This document shows, piece after piece, positions 13,396 through 26,487 of a DNA stretch of 41,988 bases. The position numbers and the translations under genes were made by a program. Below the pieces are notes generated by a model. The model searched no databases. It was given only the letters and a program-made list of their open reading frames with translations, and was not told where the DNA came from. Every line of letters begins with the position of its first letter. Within the stretch, counting starts at the first letter, position 1. The DNA is from Octopus bimaculoides (taxonomy: Eukaryota): assembly GCF_001194135.2 (NCBI RefSeq), contig NC_068981.1, positions 175,326,803-175,368,790 of the forward strand, given 5' to 3'.

Positions 13396-15072
13396 NNNNN
13401 NNNNNNNNNNNNNNNNNNNNNNNNNNNNNNNNNNNNNNNNNNNNNNNNNNNNNNNNNNNNNNNNNNNNNNNNNNNNNNNNNNNNNNNNNNNNNNNNNNNN
13501 NNNNNNNNNNNNNNNNNNNNNNNNNNNNNNNNNNNNNNNNNNNNNNNNNNNNNNNNNNNNNNNNNNNNNNNNNNNNNNNNNNNNNNNNNNNNNNNNNNNN
13601 NNNNNNNNNNNNNNNNNNNNNNNNNNNNNNNNNNNNNNNNNNNNNNNNNNNNNNNNNNNNNNNNNNNNNNNNNNNNNNNNNNNNNNNNNNNNNNNNNNNN
13701 NNNNNNNNNNNNNNNNNNNNNNNNNNNNNNNNNNNNNNNNNNNNNNNNNNNNNNNNNNNNNNNNNNNNNNNNNNNNNNNNNNNNNNNNNNNNNNNNNNNN
13801 NNNNNNNNNNNNNNNNNNNNNNNNNNNNNNNNNNNNNNNNNNNNNNNNNNNNNNNNNNNNNNNNNNNNNNNNNNNNNNNNNNNNNNNNNNNNNNNNNNNN
13901 NNNNNNNNNNNNNNNNNNNNNNNNNNNNNNNNNNNNNNNNNNNNNNNNNNNNNNNNNNNNNNNNNNNNNNNNNNNNNNNNNNNNNNNNNNNNNNNNNNNN
14001 NNNNNNNNNNNNNNNNNNNNNNNNNNNNNNNNNNNNNNNNNNNNNNNNNNNNNNNNNNNNNNNNNNNNNNNNNNNNNNNNNNNNNNNNNNNNNNNNNNNN
14101 NNNNNNNNNNNNNNNNNNNNNNNNNNNNNNNNNNNNNNNNNNNNNNNNNNNNNNNNNNNNNNNNNNNNNNNNNNNNNNNNNNNNNNNNNNNNNNNNNNNN
14201 NNNNNNNNNNNNNNNNNNNNNNNNNNNNNNNNNNNNNNNNNNNNNNNNNNNNNNNNNNNNNNNNNNNNNNNNNNNNNNNNNNNNNNNNNNNNNNNNNNNN
14301 NNNNNNNNNNNNNNNNNNNNNNNNNNNNNNNNNNNNNNNATATATATATATATATATATATAAATGGATATATATAAATATATATATATGTGTATACATA
14401 TATATGTGTGTATGTATACACACACATACACATACACACATACACACAGCCACAAACAATATATATGTGTAATACTGTCGCTATTGTCGTATATTCGCAA
14501 ATATATATATATTATATATTTAGAATGCAGCCGTTACTAAAATACCACGTATAAAAACCGCCTCTTGAAAAAGTTGGCATACAATTTCAAATATCATAGT
14601 TGATAGATAATAATATATTCCTTAATTGTTTTACATTTAAATTAAATTATTCAGGTTTTATTCTCAATAAAGATGACTGTCAGTTTATGTTTGAATGTAA
14701 ATTTCAAAAATTTTAACACTTAGCTTCATAGAGCATTATAATGTCTGAATAATTTAGGGAATACAAACAAAACTAAACGTGTAACAACGAAACAATAAAT
14801 TTCCTTTCAACGAACTTATTTGAAAGTTTTAGATTTCTTGTGTGCATTATTCATGGACACAAATATATACATATATATATATACATATACATATATGCGA
14901 CTATTTGGTAAACGATGCCTAATTTTACACCTCTGTAAATAATAATAATAATAATAATATTTATAAGCTTAAATCTTAAAAGCATCAACGTGCATTGACA
15001 AAGATAAATAGTCTAATGTTGGAGCATACATACATATACACATATGTATGATTTTGTATTATATATATCATA

Positions 15073-15236
15073 GGCGCAGGAGTGGCTGCCTGGTAACCAC
15101 ATGCTTCCGGGTTCAATCCTACTGTGTGGCATCTTGGGCATGTGATTTCTATTATAGCCTCAGGCCGACCAAAGCCTTGTGAGTGGAAACTGAAAGAAGT
15201 CCGTCGTATATATATTTGTGTGTATGTGTGTATGTT

Positions 15237-15267
<31 letters not shown>

Positions 15268-15470
15268 GTGTGTTTGTGCATCTGTGTTTGGCCTTCCCCC
15301 TCTCCAACATTGCTTGACAACTGATGCTGGTGCGCTTACGTCCCCGTAACTTAGCGATAGAATAAGTACTAGGCTTACAAAGAAATAAGTCCCTGGGTCG
15401 ATTTGCTCGACTAAAGGCGGTGCTCCAGCATGGCTGCAGTCAAAATAACTGAATCAAGTAAAAGAATAAA
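15073..15470 (+). mobile_element. SINE family A, near full-length
   Basis: GGCGCAGGAGTGGCTG head, CCGGGTTCAATCC B-box, internal (TG)n, and tail GGGTCGATTTGCTCGACTAAAGGCGGTGCTCCAGCATGGCTGCAGTC..AAGTAAAAGAATAAAA. Confidence 0.9.
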
Positions 15471-15494
15471 ACAATCATGTAAGTATAATACAAT

Positions 15495-15933
15495 TGTTGT
15501 TTGTTTTGTTGGCATCCTTTTGTCTCAGGAGACAATGGAGTTGCGCATAAACTAATCCAGTCTGGTTTTTACATTTCATGTCCTCTCCAGTTTCCTCTCC
15601 AGTTTTGTACAGGCCTGAGCTAGATGTAAAAAAATCCTGGATAGCCCAATCGTCAGGATTCCTCTTTCGACCTTGCTGACGTAGTCCAAAGGAGTGCAGA
15701 GCATTACGTTTGGCACCAGTTTGGTTGCAGGAGCTGCCAGAAGAGTGTCGAGTCGAACACTAAACCGCCTACGGGGCTCCACTCTGGATTTCTTTGAAGG
15801 CTGTCTCCTTTCCGTAACCCGGATAGGGGCCCATACCGACTACTGTCAGCCGGAGCAAGCTGAGCCCGGGATTGCTGTCAGGCAGGGTCGTCACTCCCTG
15901 AAGTAATGAAGAAAATCGCTACGCACTACACAT
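15495..15933 (-). mobile_element. Non-coding RTE-like retroposon (probably a non-autonomous 5'+3' derivative) with an 11-bp TSD
   Basis: TATAATACAAT flanks both sides (15484-15494 and 15934-15944). The minus-strand 3' end is CTCCATTGTCTCCTGAGACAAAAGGATGCC followed by a CAA-rich tail. The internal motifs GGCAGCTCCTGCAACCAAACTGGTGCCAAACGT and CCTTTGGACTACGTCAGCAAGG resemble RTE/AviRTE-type UTR sequence as I recall it; not searched. Confidence 0.7.
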
Positions 15934-16378
15934 TATAATACAATATATAATGTATATAAATGAATATATCCTTCATCNNNNNNNNNNNNNNNNNNNNNNN
16001 NNNNNNNNNNNNNNNNNNNNNNNNNNNNNNNNNNNNNNNNNNNNNNNNNNNNNNNNNNNNNNNNNNNNNNNNNNNNNNNNNNNNNNNNNNNNNNNNNNNN
16101 NNNNNNNNNNNNNNNNNNNNNNNNNNNNNNNNNNNNNNNNNNNNNNNNNNNNNNNNNNNNNNNNNNNNNNNNNNNNNNNNNNNNNNNNNNNNNNNNNNNN
16201 NNNNNNNNNNNNNNNNNNNNNNNNNNNNNNNNNNNNNNNNNNNNNNNNNNNNNNNNNNNNNNNNNNNNNNNNNNNNNNNNNNNNNNNNNNNNNNNNNNNN
16301 NNNNNNNNNNNNNNNNNNNNNNNNNNNNNNNNNNNNNNNNNNNNNNNNNNNNNNNNNNNNNNNNNNNNNNNNNNNNNN

Positions 16379-16442
<64 letters not shown>

Positions 16443-16644
16443 TAGACAAGCACTTTATCTCCTAAGAGTAAGGATAATATAAAAACGACAAGTCTTCTAA
16501 ATACAGCTATCCTGATTATCCTAGTCGAAACTTTAATATTTCTTGGCATTTCTCAAGCTGAGAAAAAGACCGTTTGTCAGTTGCTTTTTAAACATCCTTG
16601 AGTCAAAATTAAAAACAAGTATTCTTTATTCTATGTTAGTTTTA

Positions 16645-16848
16645 AATATCGGTACAAGGCCAGCAATTTCAATGTGGGGTTAAGTCGATTAGATCGACCC
16701 ATTGTCAAACTGGTACTTAATTCATCGACGCCGAAAGGATGAAAATCAAAGTCGACCTGTGCGGGATATGAACGCAGAACTTCAAGACGGAGGAAATGCC
16801 GCTAAGCGTCTTGCCCAGGGTGCTAACGATTCTACCAACTCGCTGCCT
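16645..16848 (-). mobile_element. SINE family B, full-length
   Basis: Reverse complement starts GAGGCAGCGAGTTGGTAGAATCGTTAGCACC and contains GGTCGACTTTG, AAGTACCAG and GGTCGATCTAATCGACTT. Confidence 0.85.
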
Positions 16849-17265
16849 CATTGGTTATTCTATATCAAACTATTCCGATCAAACAATGTTATGCTTTGAT
16901 TTTCGTTTCAGCTGCATTCAATCACAAAATCCCAACTTTTCTTAACTTCCAATCAGGATTTCATTTCATAGAAGGGAAGAAGCAAAGAAAAAAATGAATG
17001 AAGTAGAAGAAGAAAAATACGGATATTACATCATTATCTAACAACAGGTAAGTATTCATCTTATGCAGATTGACTACGTAACTAAACTATTAGTCCTTAG
17101 TCGTCATCTAATACTAATCATTGCAACAGCATTCTATATATGAAAAATAAAGATGGGAATATTTAGTATATTTTGATCCCATGTTACACGTGTTTTAGTA
17201 CAGTATAGAAAATGCGCTATGAATATAAAAATAATATTCTTAATCATAAGAATATTGATTTCAAA

Positions 17266-17364
17266 TTTTGGTACAGATTATTTTCAACCGAGGTTGAACA
17301 TAAAACGGACGAAATGCCGGTAGGCACTTTGCCCAGCGTGCTAATGATTCCACCAGCTCACCGT
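17266..17364 (-). mobile_element. SINE family B, head fragment with internal deletion
   Basis: Reverse complement GGTGAGCTGGTGGAATCATTAGCACGCTGGGCAAAGTGCC..CAACCTCGGTTG. Confidence 0.65.
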
Positions 17365-17385
17365 TTTAATATAATTAGTTTCACA

Positions 17386-17587
17386 TTTTGGCACAGGGCA
17401 AGTAATTTCGAGGGAGGGGCAAGTCGATTACATCACCCCCACTGCTCAACTGGTGCGGATTTAATCGACCCCGAAATGATAAACACCAGAGTTGACCTCG
17501 GCGGAATTTGAACTCAGAACGTAAAGACGGCCGAAATGCTGCCAAGCATTTTGCCCCACTTACTAATCATATTGCCAGCTCACACCC
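17386..17587 (-). mobile_element. SINE family B, full-length
   Basis: Reverse complement has GAGCTGGCAATATG..GTTCTGAGTTCAAATTCCGCCGAGGTCAAC..GGGGTCGATTAAA..GATGTAATCGACTTG. Confidence 0.85.
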
Positions 17588-17602
17588 TTAAGAATTATTG
17601 CA

Positions 17603-17687
17603 TTTACGTTCTGAGTTCTAAATCCGCCGAGGTTGACTTTGCCTTTTATCTTTGCGGGGTTGATAAAATAAGTAACAGTTGAGCATA
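17603..17687 (+). mobile_element. SINE family B, partial (B-box to mid body)
   Basis: TTTACGTTCTGAGTTCTAAATCCGCCGAGGTTGACTTTGCCTTTTATC..GGGGTTGATAAAATAAGTAACAGTTGAGCA. Confidence 0.8.
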
Positions 17688-17771
17688 AAACAACCTTGCC
17701 CGGACTTGTGCCTCGGAGGGTAACTTTCTAGGTGTAATTCCATGGTCAGTCATGAGCGAAGGGGCTCTCAG

Positions 17772-17803
<32 letters not shown>

Positions 17804-18377
17804 GTTCATTTATTCAACTATCTCTTTCGCATTCATATATTAATGGTTTAGATCTTAATTAATAAGAAAATATAAAACCATTATTTTATGCTAATTTAGC
17901 TAATTTTGTCTAGCTCCCTTTTCAATGTGTAAGATAAAAATTTAAATGTAATAAAATAAAATGTTTAAAAAAGAAATNNNNNNNNNNNNNNNNNNNNNNN
18001 NNNNNNNNNNNNNNNNNNNNNNNNNNNNNNNNNNNNNNNNNNNNNNNNNNNNNNNNNNNNNNNNNNNNNNNNNNNNNNNNNNNNNNNNNNNNNNNNNNNN
18101 NNNNNNNNNNNNNNNNNNNNNNNNNNNNNNNNNNNNNNNNNNNNNNNNNNNNNNNNNNNNNNNNNNNNNNNNNNNNNNNNNNNNNNNNNNNNNNNNNNNN
18201 NNNNNNNNNNNNNNNNNNNNNNNNNNNNNNNNNNNNNNNNNNNNNNNNNNNNNNNNNNNNNNNNNNNNNNNNNNNNNNNNNNNNNNNNNNNNNNNNNNNN
18301 NNNNNNNNNNNNNNNNNNNNNNNNNNNNNNNNNNNNNNNNNNNNNNNNNNNNNNNNNNNNNNNNNNNNNNNNNNNNN

Positions 18378-18410
<33 letters not shown>

Positions 18411-18994
18411 ACACACACACATACAGACGCACACACTCATACACACAACAAAATAAACCCTCTGAATTATACAGAAAAAATAGAATCGAAGATTTTTATG
18501 TGTATGCTCTTTTCACTTGATTTGGTCATTATCGAAAGAATATAAACGCCAAATCAATAACTTACAAACTGGATTTGAATGTCATAGGAGCCGAGAGTAA
18601 GAGTTGTAAAGTCTTTATTTTCCAAATAATTTTTAATGGGTGGCCACTTGGAGACGAGTGAAATAGAGGAATGTCAAGAAACTAACAGCTTGTGTTTATT
18701 TTTTTGACAGTTTTTTTATTTCTTGAATCAACATGCCAGCGGCTAAAAGTTTGACCGGTGAAGACAAATAACATAAACCCAATTAATACAATACAAAATA
18801 TATACAGTAACATGTACTTAATACAAACGCGCATATGAGCACAAATAGATGTATATGCATACATACGTACGTGCACACATACATATATATACAAATCTCT
18901 CTCTCTCTATATATATATATACACATACATATACATATATGTGTGTGCGTATTCATATGTAAATATATATATATATATATACACATATATATAT

Positions 18995-19116
18995 ATCATT
19001 TATCTTTTACTTGCTTCAGTCATTTGAATGCGGCCATGCTGGGGCACCGCCTTGAAGGGTTTTCAACGAATAAATCGTCCCCAATGACTTGTAAGCCTAG
19101 TACGTAAGCCTAGTAC
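18995..19116 (-). mobile_element. SINE family A, 3' tail fragment
   Basis: Reverse complement GTACTAGGCTTAC..AAGGCGGTGCCCCAGCATGGCCGCATTCAAATGACTGAAGCAAGTAAAAGATAAATGA. GTAAGCCTAGTAC (13 bp) is duplicated at the truncation point. Confidence 0.85.
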
Positions 19117-19139
19117 AAAATTTCTCTATCTGTGTCTTT

Positions 19140-19490
<351 letters not shown>

Positions 19491-20370
19491 AGAGATAGAG
19501 AGACGTGTAGAAATATAAGAAAGTAGTGATGTTAGAAGAACGATTATTTTTGTATCATCTGTACTACTTTTTAATCTATTTTACAAAAAACGGTTTTCTG
19601 AACCACTTCGAGACTGCTACTTATATGCAAAAATGAATAGAAAGAAACCACTGTAACATGTAACAAGGTACCAATATTAAACGTTAACACTTGTGAATCA
19701 CTTCCGAATCACGAAGGACAATGTTGAATGCCTTAGAGACATTAGTTCTTTGGGGAAGTTGTTTAGTTTTAAATGCTCTGTTAAGACGAAGCTAATCTAT
19801 GATCTGTCATCTGGAAGAAAAATCTTCACTCAGTAGTAAAATAAATAATCAGAAATCTTTGCAGGGTACGAGAAAACAAACAGGGATAGCTAGCACTAAT
19901 TATCTCAACGTTTGGTCTGCTAGCGAAGAAAGTGCGGAGACGCATAAATAAATATACTTACATCCGTGTCCACATACAAGCAGGGGTCGAAGGTCTTACA
20001 ATGTCAGTTCATGACTGTTTAACGTGCGTTGTTATGTATTTACTTAATTATAAAGAGGTGGTGCAAATGGACAGATTGATAGAATGCCAAACTGGATGTT
20101 TTCTTATAAACAGTTCAGTACATGACTGTTCATTCATATTTCCAAGTCTCTTAGAATCGATTTAAATTTCCTTTGTTCTGGGTCAATTCAAATATACACG
20201 CTATTCAATAAATTACATGACTGCATAAAAATACAGAAGTATATTGTGTGATGTCTGTTTTCCATCGTTCACTATGCATGTAGGTACAAAGAAAGTTAGC
20301 AGCATAACAACGGGTAAAATATGTCTTACAGTGTTTATTGACGAGTCGTTACTTTTGTGAATTTGATTCC

Positions 20371-20468
20371 CACCGACGTCGACTTTGACGTTCATCATTC
20401 CAGGGTCAATTAAGGGCGATATAAGCGACTTATCCGGTCAGTCATTGTGGCCTTGTGCCTATAGTTAA
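20371..20468 (+). mobile_element. SINE family B, decayed partial copy
   Basis: GTCGACTTTGACGTTCATC..GGGTCAATT..GCGACTT..TGGCCTTGTGCCTATAGT. Confidence 0.65.
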
Positions 20469-21297
20469 CACACGCGCGTGCGCGCGTATATATAATAATA
20501 TAAATAATATATATATAAATAATATATATATATATATATATATANNNNNNNNNNNNNNNNNNNNNNNNNNNNNNNNNNNNNNNNNNNNNNNNNNNNNNNN
20601 NNNNNNNNNNNNNNNNNNNNNNNNNNNNNNNNNNNNNNNNNNNNNNNNNNNNNNNNNNNNNNNNNNNNNNNNNNNNNNNNNNNNNNNNNNNNNNNNNNNN
20701 NNNNNNNNNNNNNNNNNNNNNNNNNNNNNNNNNNNNNNNNNNNNNNNNNNNNNNNNNNNNNNNNNNNNNNNNNNNNNNNNNNNNNNNNNNNNNNNNNNNN
20801 NNNNNNNNNNNNNNNNNNNNNNNNNNNNNNNNNNNNNNNNNNNNNNNNNNNNNNNNNNNNNNNNNNNNNNNNNNNNNNNNNNNNNNNNNNNNNNNNNNNN
20901 NNNNNNNNNNNNNNNNNNNNNNNNNNNNNNNNNNNNNNNNNNNNNNNNNNNNNNNNNNNNNNNNNNNNNNNNNNNNNNNNNNNNNNNNNNNNNNNNTATA
21001 CATATATATGCATATATACATACGTGTACGCACATACTTACATGTATACGTATATACATATGCATATGTGGGCACAGGACGTCACAAAACGTAAACAACA
21101 AAAAATACGACGTACAAGGACATGGAATAAGAACGTTATTTGCAAACAACGAAAGAAACAAATGGAAAACAAGATAAGCAACACAAAGAATGACCCTTCA
21201 TCAGTTGTCGGTTGTTTTTTCTAATCCGTATGTCGAGCAATATATANNNNNNNNNNNNNNNNNNNNNNNNNNNNNNNNNNNNNNNNNNNNNNNNNNN

Positions 21298-21341
<44 letters not shown>

Positions 21342-24115
21342 TATATATACAGGGAGAGAGAATGGGAGAGAACTCAGGTGTGTACAGAAATAGAAAAAAT
21401 AACTACATCTCGGCATATTCATTTGCAAACACCTTAGCTGTATGATTACTACACTGTTATCACTGTGTGTGTGTGTGTGCGTGTGTCTGTGTGTTTGTAT
21501 GTTTGTGTATGTTTGTGTATGTTGTGTATGTGTGTGTGTGTGTGTGTGCATGTGTATGTGTGTGTAGACAGACAGATAGATAGATAGATAGATAGATAGA
21601 TAGGTATTCGTATATAAATGCATACACACACACATGCACGCGTACACATGTACACACACATAATGACTGTTGCTTTCACAACATGGTACATGTATAAGTA
21701 ATGCCTTGCTATTTCTTTACCTCTCACGATAATGTTTCTTCCATACTAACTTGATATAAATTGTTTATTCTGTGATATGAGCTCTATACAGTACATACGC
21801 ACATACGTCCACACGCATATGTTTACTAATAAATACCTACGTGTATACACAACGTTATATACTCTTTTCTTGCTGACATCAAACATATCTATCTTGAGCT
21901 GAACAGAACGCATGCTGATGCAGTCCGTATAGCCAACTTCACCTGATTTACTTCAGCTATAATACTCCACCATTACCAACTTAACTTCTTCCATTCAGTT
22001 CTTTCCCCTTTCAGCTTAAGTGTTACTAGTCTGTACAACTCTAGTTGTTGGTATAACATACGAACCCATCCTACCAAGCAATGGGACACCAACCGATTCC
22101 AGGACCATGCACGCCAGGATATATTATTTAGCATTTTCACACAACGGAGCTTTATGATAGTAAGGTTACATATTCAATGCTGCTTTATTGAGATACCACC
22201 AGACGGGTTGCCAACCAAGCTAAAGAGGTTCCACACTTCATGAGACAAACTTAACACTGCTGGACTTCCACCAGATACTTCACACTTTCGAGGTAAGCAC
22301 AGTAAGCTCTCCAGGTCGTACATAAATTAAATGTTCTTTACAGCAGTAGAAAGAAATAGTGTGGTGCTTCCACAATTTATACCAAACAAACTATAAACTT
22401 TGTTCTGTACGATCGACTTAGATAGAATCCATAGACAAAAATGAATTTAGTGTCAAATGTTAACGACAGTCTTTCATAATTGGTAATGGAGAAACCTGAA
22501 CAAGGTGATTCGATGAGAATCGAGAACGGTTAGTGATACAGAAAAATAGGGAGGAGCTAGTTATCAACAAGAAGAATTGCTTAAAGAAGGTATCACGACC
22601 GATGTGCTAGCTGCAGAGAAATTCTCCCATGAAATTCGATCATTTTCTCAACGAAACAAAAAAGTTGCATTAAAAAATACAAGGCTCGGACACTGAAAGA
22701 TAAAGGAATGAAACCTACCTTATAGGGACCTGGTGATGGTGATGCAAAATGAAAAACAAAACCACATCCCAAAAGGAGTTCATACTGCTTGAAACTCTTC
22801 ACTGATATTTTGCTCGACTGCTTGGGCAAGTGATGGGTTGGAGAGGGAGAGAAGTAGACGTCAATGCCTACTTGAACGGGCTTTCAATGGATAACAGCAA
22901 AGAAATTATTGGAAGCGAGGAGCAGCAGTACGAGAGAAAATTTGTTCACTTTGTATGTGCCCTTCGAGATATATTAGCATGCACAATGAGTTTAGGCAAC
23001 TTCTTAGCAAAAGAGTCCCACCAGTTGGCTAGAGAATGAAAACATGGCCAATTTTATAAGCGAGTTAGTACTGCACGGAAAAAGCACTAGCAACGGGTGT
23101 ACTGTTGATAAAATCCGTCCCATAAATCTGATTTTGGACAATGAATAAGGAAACAGCTTGGCACTTGTTATCGGTGATTTGGTAAGAAAGTGCTTAACTC
23201 TTTCACCTTTCTTGCTTTAGCTGACTTTCGGAATATTGCTGCAGAAGCTAGAACTGTTGAAGAGAATCCTTTTCGATTTGGAAAATAGAAGAACCATGTT
23301 TAAGTATACGGACATCGTCACCGTTAGGTATCGAAAACCTATCAAATGGACGTAGTTGGCTGTATTCTAAAGGAATACAAGGCAGTGGGAAGAGCAGAGT
23401 GATGGTCGGCTCTTTGAGAGGGCTAGTCCTTGCTTTCGGACAGCGTCATCGGCTACTGGATAGATAGACCGGTTAAACTCTTCGAGTTATGTTTCGATCC
23501 GAGCCTGTAGGAGTACAGAAACTGAGTCATAACAGAATTGATTATAATTTTGTCCAAAAAAGGATCAAAAGAAAGCTATTTCTGAAAGGTCGTGCAAAGA
23601 TGAGGAAAGCCTGCATGACCTCTGTCTCTACTTACCGCTTGATCAAAGTACCTGGTCCCCCGTTTGTCTAACTCCATCGGTATATCTTCTTTGCTTCATC
23701 TTGAAGAGACGTATTCTATTGGTCAGTCAAATTGTGACTGTTGATGCGATTATACACGTATAATGGGCTAAACACACTTCATGGAAGTCAATGTTAAAAT
23801 GGGCAAATGTTGGAAAGAATATACTGAATGTATTTATATACCAGTTCGCTGAGCTACAAATTCAGTACGCCATTGTGCGAGTTACCTTCCTTTCATCAAA
23901 TACCTTTTTTATTTAATAATTTGTTACCCTATCTTCCTTGTTACTTAATAACATCACACCATCACAGTATTTGCGCAGACCAGTCGAAAGATTATCTCTC
24001 TTCTGTGTTCTTTGTTGCTGTACACGTCTAACTCAAGTGACCGATCTAGGATTCGGAGATGTTTACATTTAGGAAACTTAAATTCCACCAGTCTGATTCG
24101 GGTTGACTGAATAAA

Positions 24116-24117
<2 letters not shown>

Positions 24118-24207
<90 letters not shown>
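24118..24207. repeat. (CA)n microsatellite
   Basis: Direct reading. Confidence 0.95.
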
Positions 24208-24210
<3 letters not shown>

Positions 24211-24968
24211 GAGGAAAAGAATGACATACAGAGGCGCACATATATTTGTGTGTCTCTGTGTGTGTGCATTCACAAATGCGCTCGTTTTTCTGAAGTTACT
24301 TTTATGCAATAGCGTGTGTAATGTATATATGTATGCAATGAGATTGCTATTATAAAATATTTTCAAGTTATTTGCATATATATTCATTTATCTTCAACAC
24401 ACTTGTATCACAACTTTGAATACTTCACATTAAATGTAATCTTCAGAGGAGGCGAACGCTAAAATTGATGAAAAATAAAAACCTAAAGAACGAATCCTAC
24501 AAGCATTTTATCTTTTGAATCTCATGTAATTCAGTTCATATAGCACATCCGTTTCGAAGATTTTATACGATTCTAATAAATAAACACATAAATAAACCAG
24601 GCGGTGGTACATATTAACTTACATAAGTCTTCACTCTCCAAACAGTCATATATGACTTTCAAAAGATGTAGAAGAAAACATAGAGAAAAATAACATGGCA
24701 GTAAAATGTAGCAGTGACGCCAACACAGACTTTTGGCAAGAATAGACTAGAGAAAAGTAAATAAACTGAATGATAATTTCACGGGCACATCAGAGAATTG
24801 CTTGTATATTTGCCACCTGGAAAGTTAGTTGGCAGGAACAAACGAAACTTATGAATCTACGATCGATGTGTTTGGTAATAGTAGTCTATGTTACCCTTCT
24901 ATATATATATGTAAGTGTTAATGTCTAACTGCGTGCGTATAAGGTGTGCTCGTTAGATATCTTCCTCT

Positions 24969-25001
<33 letters not shown>

Positions 25002-25172
25002 CATGTGTATACATAGGTGTGGGCTTAAGTATATTTATATATATGTTGGCTAGTTTGTTTATGATTGCACATACCCACATAATGTATGAACTTGTATATT
25101 TATTTGCAAATACAACCTTCTCCCATACTTTGTCTCTCTCTCTCCCTTTCACTCTCTCTCGACATCTGTGCG

Positions 25173-25250
<78 letters not shown>

Positions 25251-26046
25251 CATATATACAAACATGTGAGCTTACTTCTATGTATAGGAAGTAGATATGA
25301 ATGTTGTTCCGAATGACTACATGCATGGTTACTTGAACGTATGTGTAAAGCTATGCATTTGAATATATTAATATGCATATATTTCATATATTCATACATT
25401 GCCGTATGATGTTTATTTGTGTAACCTTATGTATATATTCATCAAATACGTATATTTATGTTATTCACAGCATTGTGAGCATATAGTATACATGCATGCT
25501 ATTAATTCTGGGTGTCCATATGGACACAAACACATTCACTCAAATACATATGACTTAAATACACACATATACTTGAACACACACATACACACGTACGTAT
25601 ACACACAGACATGTATATAGGCATACACACATATACACACACTTTGTATTGTATGTTGGAGATTCCTGAATGTCGTTCTGTGATTCATATGGACCTTGTA
25701 ATAGTTCAGTGAATTCATAAGTTCATTCGTAAGGGACTTCCAGATTATTACTTGCCTATTGTTAGGGATATGTGCTTTGCTTTTTACCCCTTCATTCATT
25801 TTTTTTTTCACTCTTTCTGACAATTTCACACCATTCATCAAACCCCACTTCCTATTCATCACTATATAACGACTGGGTGTTAGTCTCACTTGTAGCCTCT
25901 AGCAAGTGCTGTGCTGGGTGAAGTTGGTCGTTTCGTTTCTTTTGTAGTCATCTGTCGGTCATCTACTGTTTCCTTCCTTTCGCCTGTATAACCACAATTT
26001 TCTATATATTTGTGTTAGTGTCTGTATGTGTATAGGTATTGCCCGT

Positions 26047-26113
<67 letters not shown>

Positions 26114-26114
26114 T

Positions 26115-26487
26115 TGCCAATACCATCACAGATGACACACATACACGGGCATGCATTAGTTGACTCTTTTGCTCATATTCTCTTCCGACTGCTTCAACTT
26201 TTCCAAATTCTAGTCAAATAGAGGAGTGTTTGCACATGCCCACAATATCTAGAAAATGCATGACTATATTTAAGCACGCACCTATGTACATACACACACA
26301 CACACACTCACACATAGGTGCGTGCTTAAATATAGTTATGCATTTTCTAGATATTGTGGGTATGTGAAAACACTCCTCTATAATTTGACTAGAATTTGGA
26401 AAAGTTGAAGCAGTCGGAAGAGAATACGAGCAAAAGAGTTAACTAATGCATGTCTGTGTATGTGTGTCATCTGTGATGGTATTGGCA
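26115..26487. repeat. Long fold-back inverted repeat (arms 26115-26287 and 26312-26487, 24-bp CA-rich spacer); possible MITE or inverted duplication
   Basis: Manual alignment of the left arm to the reverse complement of the right arm gives 7 substitutions and one 3-bp indel over about 175 bp. Confidence 0.95.

Noticed and set aside
15780-15910. HDV-like ribozyme at the 5' end of the RTE-like element
   Set aside because: A P1-like pairing (GGAGTGA/TTGCTCC), GG and a P4-like hairpin are present, but I could not fit P2, P3/L3 and J4/2 consistently. A descriptor search such as RNArobo or Infernal would settle it.
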